Shown here: positions 33,767 to 36,922 of the stretch, in pieces
Layout of the letters: each line of letters starts with the position of its first letter
How positions within the stretch are numbered: position 1 is the first letter of the stretch
Source: Candidatus Aminicenantes bacterium
GTDB taxonomy: Bacteria > Acidobacteriota > Aminicenantia > UBA2199
Direction of reading: 5' to 3'
Assembly: GCA_026393775.1 (NCBI GenBank)
Contig: JAPKZM010000269.1
Coordinates: forward strand, 1 to 36,922
DNA length: 36,922 nt
Notes under the pieces: generated by a model
The model's database searches: none
Seen by the model: only the letters and a program-made list of their open reading frames with translations
What the model was told of the DNA's origin: nothing
Program-made: the position numbers and the translations under genes

Positions 33767-36091
33767 TCATGGCGGCAGGCGGGCCGCTGAAAAGCATGTA
33801 ACCGCCGCCGTCCCCCCCTCGGGACCGAGTTCGATGACATGATCGGCGCTAGCGATCAGCGACAAATTGTGCTCGACCGCCACGATGGTGTTGCGTTTTT
33901 TCAGCAAGCGCTCAAATAGCTTCTGGATGACCGCGATATCGTAGGCGTGGAGACCGAACGACGGCTCGTCCAGCAGGAACAAGATATCGGTTTTTTCCTG
34001 ATCCAGGTACTTCAGCAGCCTGAGCTTCTGCAGTTCGCCCGTGGACAGGCAGCTGATTTTTTCCCCCAGTTGCAGGTAGCCCATGTCGTTGTCCTGCAGG
34101 TTCTTCAATGTGTTCAGCACCTGGGGAAGATCGGCGCCAAGATCGCGGACGAATTCATCGATGGTCAGGGCCAGAACGGCAGCGATGTTTTTATTTTTAT
34201 GGGTGATCTTTAAAATATCGGGAGCAAAGCCGCTGCCATAACAATGGCGGCAGGTGGTTCTGACCGTTGGCAGGAACTGCATTTCAATCTCCAGATAACC
34301 CCGGCCCTTGCATTCGGGGCAGCGCCCCATGGGAGAATGGAACGAGAAATGGCCGGGGAGATACCCCAGCAGGCGGCTTTGCTTCAGCGAGGCGAAAAAT
34401 TCCCGCAGCGGAGGAAAAATGTCTAAAAACCCGGCGATGTTCGTGCTGCCGCGCCTCGCGCCGACCCCCGGATCGAGATGAACGACCTCTTTGTGGCCGG
34501 AGTTCGCTCTGTGCTTCAGATAAATTTCATCATACAGCAGAGTGCTTTTGCCCGCGCCGCTGACTCCGGCAATGACGGTGAAAGCCCGACGCGGCATCCG
34601 GAAATCAAAATGCTTCAAGTTGTGGCTGCTGGCGTCCCTGCAGGTCCAGAATTCCATCTCAACCCTTTTTCCGGCCGGCCTCTCCCTTGCCAGCCGGAAG
34701 TACTTCTGGGTGGTTGTCGATTGGGAGTTGAAAAAATCTTCCTTACTGCCGGAATAGACGATCTGCCCGCCCGCGCTGCCCGCGCGCGGTCCCAGCTCGA
34801 TGACGTGATCGGCATTGCGGATCAGGTGGGGGTTGTGCTCGACCAGGACGACGGTGTTGTCATTATCCTTTAGTTTTTTCAGAAAAAAATCCATTTTTTC
34901 ATAGTCGGCGGGATGCAGGTCGGCGGAGGGCTGATCGATGATCAACAGGGAATCGGAGAGGGTGGAGCCCATGATGAAAGCCAGGTTGATGCGCTGGTAT
35001 TCGCCCTTGGAAAGGGTAAAGGTGGGGCGGTTCAGATGGATATAATGAAGCCGGCTGCGCCGCAAATACTCCAGCTTGGCCGCGATCTCCGCGAAGACCT
35101 CGGGGGAGATCTTATTCCGGTAGTTATTGCCGTCCAAATCCTTGATCCAGGTGTTGGCGGCGCCGATGGTCATGGCCAGCAGGTCGGCGATGGTCCGGCC
35201 CTTGATCCGGAACGATGTGGCCAAACGGCTGAAGCGGCTGCCGCCGCACTCGCGGCAGGGGGCGGTCCCGGAGGCGGTTTCGTCCACTTCCCCCAGGCCT
35301 TTGCAAACCGGGCAGGCGCCACGGGCGCTGTTGAACGAAAAAAGATTTTCGTCCGGGCTTTCATATTCCTTTTGGCAGCGGGGGCAGAAGAGCACGACCG
35401 GGAAATGCAGGGGCCGGCGGTCATGGAACACGGTAAGCGTATTGCGGCTCATCGCCATGGCGCCATCGACGGCTTCAAAAATCCGGCTGCGGTTCTCGGC
35501 CCGGTTTTCCAGTTCGTCGACCAGGACCAGCATCGGCGCATTCCGGCTTTGGCTGTCGATGGCCGTTTTGCGGCCTTGGCGGACCTGAAAATAGTAACCG
35601 CGGTTGATCAAAAAAGAAATATCGCCCTGATAGGAAAAACAGATTCGCAGCATGCCGGCCTTGAGCGTCAGCAGCGCCTGGATGATCTCATCGATGCTGA
35701 ATTTCTTGATTTCGGCGCCGCAGCCGGGGCAGTAAAAATCGGAGATTTTAGCGTACAGGATGCGCAGGTAATCAAAAATATCCGAGGCCGTGGCCACGAT
35801 GGAGCGGGGATTCCGCACCGGTTTCTTCTGACGAAAGGCGATGGCCGGCGGCAGGTTGTCGATGCGATCGATGTCGGGCTTGTCGATCCTGTCGAGGAAC
35901 TGGCGGATATAGGGGGAAATCGATTCGATGTAGCGGATGTAGCCTTCGGCGTAAAGGGTGTGGAAGGCCAGCGACGATTTACCGGCGCCGCTGACGCCGA
36001 CGACGGCAGTTATTTTCCCCAGCGGGATGGCGGCGTCGATATTTTTCAAGTTGTTGGTGCGGATACCCCTGAGGATGATGTTTTTTTCCAT
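33767..36091 (-). CDS. uvrA: UvrA-family ABC ATPase paralogue (atypical, about 794 aa if a frameshift at 33812-33818 is repaired; the C-terminal 34 codons then continue to 33708)
   Basis: Walker A motifs are GVSGAGKSSLAF (site 1) and GVSGAGKSTLLY (site 2). Zn modules are CPGC/CPRC, CPVCKGLG/CRECGGSR and CPECKGRG/CRHCYGSG. The GPRAGSAGG and GPEGG ends are present. After GPEGG the current frame gives non-homologous TAAVTCFSAARLPP*, whereas the frame reached by adding one G gives DGGGYMLFSGPPAAMMKDKKSLTGHYLKKYLKNT*. Confidence 0.85.
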   Translation of the reverse strand: MEKNIILRGIRTNNLKNIDAAIPLGKITAVVGVSGAGKSSLAFHTLYAEGYIRYIESISPYIRQFLDRIDKPDIDRIDNLPPAIAFRQKKPVRNPRSIVATASDIFDYLRILYAKISDFYCPGCGAEIKKFSIDEIIQALLTLKAGMLRICFSYQGDISFLINRGYYFQVRQGRKTAIDSQSRNAPMLVLVDELENRAENRSRIFEAVDGAMAMSRNTLTVFHDRRPLHFPVVLFCPRCQKEYESPDENLFSFNSARGACPVCKGLGEVDETASGTAPCRECGGSRFSRLATSFRIKGRTIADLLAMTIGAANTWIKDLDGNNYRNKISPEVFAEIAAKLEYLRRSRLHYIHLNRPTFTLSKGEYQRINLAFIMGSTLSDSLLIIDQPSADLHPADYEKMDFFLKKLKDNDNTVVLVEHNPHLIRNADHVIELGPRAGSAGGQIVYSGSKEDFFNSQSTTTQKYFRLARERPAGKRVEMEFWTCRDASSHNLKHFDFRMPRRAFTVIAGVSGAGKSTLLYDEIYLKHRANSGHKEVVHLDPGVGARRGSTNIAGFLDIFPPLREFFASLKQSRLLGYLPGHFSFHSPMGRCPECKGRGYLEIEMQFLPTVRTTCRHCYGSGFAPDILKITHKNKNIAAVLALTIDEFVRDLGADLPQVLNTLKNLQDNDMGYLQLGEKISCLSTGELQKLRLLKYLDQEKTDILFLLDEPSFGLHAYDIAVIQKLFERLLKKRNTIVAVEHNLSLIASADHVIELGPEGGTAAVTCFSAARLPP

Positions 36092-36125
36092 GCCTGCTGT
36101 CCGTTCCCGTTAAAAACAAGATAAA

Positions 36126-36198
36126 TACGCCCGGAGAGACTCGAACTCCCAACGCACAGCTTCGAAGGCTGCCGCTCTATCCTTTGAGCTACGGGCGC
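36126..36198 (-). tRNA. tRNA-Arg (anticodon TCG)
   Basis: The minus strand folds by hand into a cloverleaf: GCGCCCG-TA-GCTC-AAAGGATA-GAGC-G-GCAGC-CTTCGAA-GCTGT-GCGTT-GGGAG-TTCGAGT-CTCTC-CGGGCGT-A. It has a 7-bp acceptor stem, a GG in the D-loop and a TTCGA T-loop. The anticodon loop is CT-TCG-AA. No CCA is encoded. Confidence 0.9.
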
Positions 36199-36211
36199 GA
36201 CCTTAGAAGCC

Positions 36212-36240
36212 ATTATAGCTTGATCCGGGCGCTTCGGCAA
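36212..36240 (-). promoter_or_regulatory. Candidate sigma70 promoter of tRNA-Arg
   Basis: The minus strand reads TTGCCG (36240-36235), a 17-nt spacer, then TATAAT (36217-36212). The -10 element ends 13 nt before the mature tRNA 5' end. Confidence 0.5.
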
Positions 36241-36253
36241 CCGCTCCGGATCG

Positions 36254-36262
36254 TGGTATAAT
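36254..36262 (+). promoter_or_regulatory. Extended -10 promoter (TGgTATAAT) ending 5 nt before the nitroreductase ATG (leaderless)
   Basis: TG at 36254-55, TATAAT at 36257-62 and ATG at 36268. No SD is possible in that space. Confidence 0.45.
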
Positions 36263-36267
36263 TTTTT

Positions 36268-36922
36268 ATGCTAAAAAACATCGTTTCCAACCAGTCCGTC
36301 TTGGAATTGATAAAAAAACGCTATTCATGCCGCAGTTTCGACGGCCGCGGCTTTGAGCCGGAACTGCTGGCTGCGCTGGAGAAATTCCCGGCTGCATTGG
36401 AACTGCCTTTTAAAAACGATGTGCGTTTCGGCGTCATCGACAAGGATCTGGTGCGGGCGGAGAATTTCTTTTCCAGCGGCAGTTACGGGATGATCAAGGG
36501 GGTACGCTTCTATTTGAGTGCCCTGGTCAAAAGAGACTCGCCCCGCTGCTGGGAAGATGTCGGTTTCGGGCTGGAGACAATTGTTCTGTATGCCACTTCA
36601 CTGGATCTGGCCAGCTGCTGGATCGGCGGCATCTTTGACCGCAAGCATTTTGGCCGGACCCTCGGCATCCGGCCGAAAGAAATGCTACCGGCGGTAGTCG
36701 CCGTCGGCCGGCCGGCTGAAAGACGCTCGCAGCGCGATCGCCTGGTACGCTGGAGCGCCCGCGGAGATCAGCGCAAAGCGGCGGCCGCGATTTTTTTCCA
36801 CGAAGATTGGCAGATCCCTTTCGCTTACTCCGATTTCCCGCGCTGGGCGCCGGTCCTGGAAAACGTGCGCCTGGGGCCTTCGGCCTCCAACAAGCAGCCT
36901 TGGCGCCTTATTATGAAGGACG
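36268..36922 (+). CDS. Nitroreductase-family protein (TM1586-like layout), partial at the window edge
   Basis: My translation reads MLKNIVSNQSVLELIKKRYSCRSFDG...SLDLASCWIGGIFD...VRLGPSASNKQPWRLIMKD. It carries the RxSxRxF and PSAxNxQPW nitroreductase motifs. The frame is open to the end of the window. Confidence 0.8.
   Translation, partial: MLKNIVSNQSVLELIKKRYSCRSFDGRGFEPELLAALEKFPAALELPFKNDVRFGVIDKDLVRAENFFSSGSYGMIKGVRFYLSALVKRDSPRCWEDVGFGLETIVLYATSLDLASCWIGGIFDRKHFGRTLGIRPKEMLPAVVAVGRPAERRSQRDRLVRWSARGDQRKAAAAIFFHEDWQIPFAYSDFPRWAPVLENVRLGPSASNKQPWRLIMKD

Noticed and set aside
1-36922. Searched for CRISPR arrays, transposase/integrase genes, toxin-antitoxin pairs, restriction-modification genes and other defence-type genes.
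   Set aside because: I found no spaced direct repeats and no recombinase, nuclease or TA-like ORFs. The three methyltransferases have small-molecule or sugar class I motifs, not DNA-MTase motifs (no DPPY/NPPY or PC-ENV), and they sit inside the glycan operon.

Overview
This 36.9-kb window comes from a diderm-type bacterium, judging by LpxD, a beta-barrel OMP and a GspG-like pilin. Coding DNA is GC-rich and intergenic DNA is AT-rich. I will not name a taxon from sequence alone.

- **Left edge (minus strand):** OMP -> secreted S8 protease -> recN -> miaB. The miaB gene is partial, open to the window edge, and absent from the ORF track.
- **Centre (6.7-24.9 kb):** one minus-strand array of 17 genes over about 18 kb, joined mostly by ATGA/TAATG overlaps. 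It looks like the pathway for a heavily decorated surface glycan. It holds two DegT-type aminotransferases (WbpE-like and ArnB-like), a FemAB-like acyl/aminoacyl transferase, three SAM methyltransferases, a sulfotransferase, a Wzx-type flippase and four GT-B glycosyltransferases. It ends with a TMTC-like GT-C enzyme fused to TPR repeats, a membrane-anchored alkaline-phosphatase-superfamily transferase and another GT-C-like protein. A further GT-C-like gene (4885..6723) converges on its end.
- **Divergent unit across a 394-nt intergenic region:** a sigma54-type -24/-12 promoter drives a GspG-like prepilin. A terminator follows, then two tandem Wzy_C (O-antigen ligase / O-oligosaccharyltransferase family) proteins, each with a TPR tail.
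- **Right side (minus strand):** an atypical, frameshifted UvrA paralogue. Then an acidic small protein, atpZ-atpI-atpB-atpE (Fo genes only), a YihY-family gene, lpxD and a DUF1573 gene. Then tRNA-Arg(TCG) and a partial nitroreductase that appears leaderless.

I saw no transposase, integrase, CRISPR array or rRNA. The best candidate for something new is the pilin + Wzy_C-TPR + GT-C-TPR + sulfated/methylated glycan locus, read as a protein O-glycosylation system. The UvrA paralogue, which lacks the insertion domain, is second.
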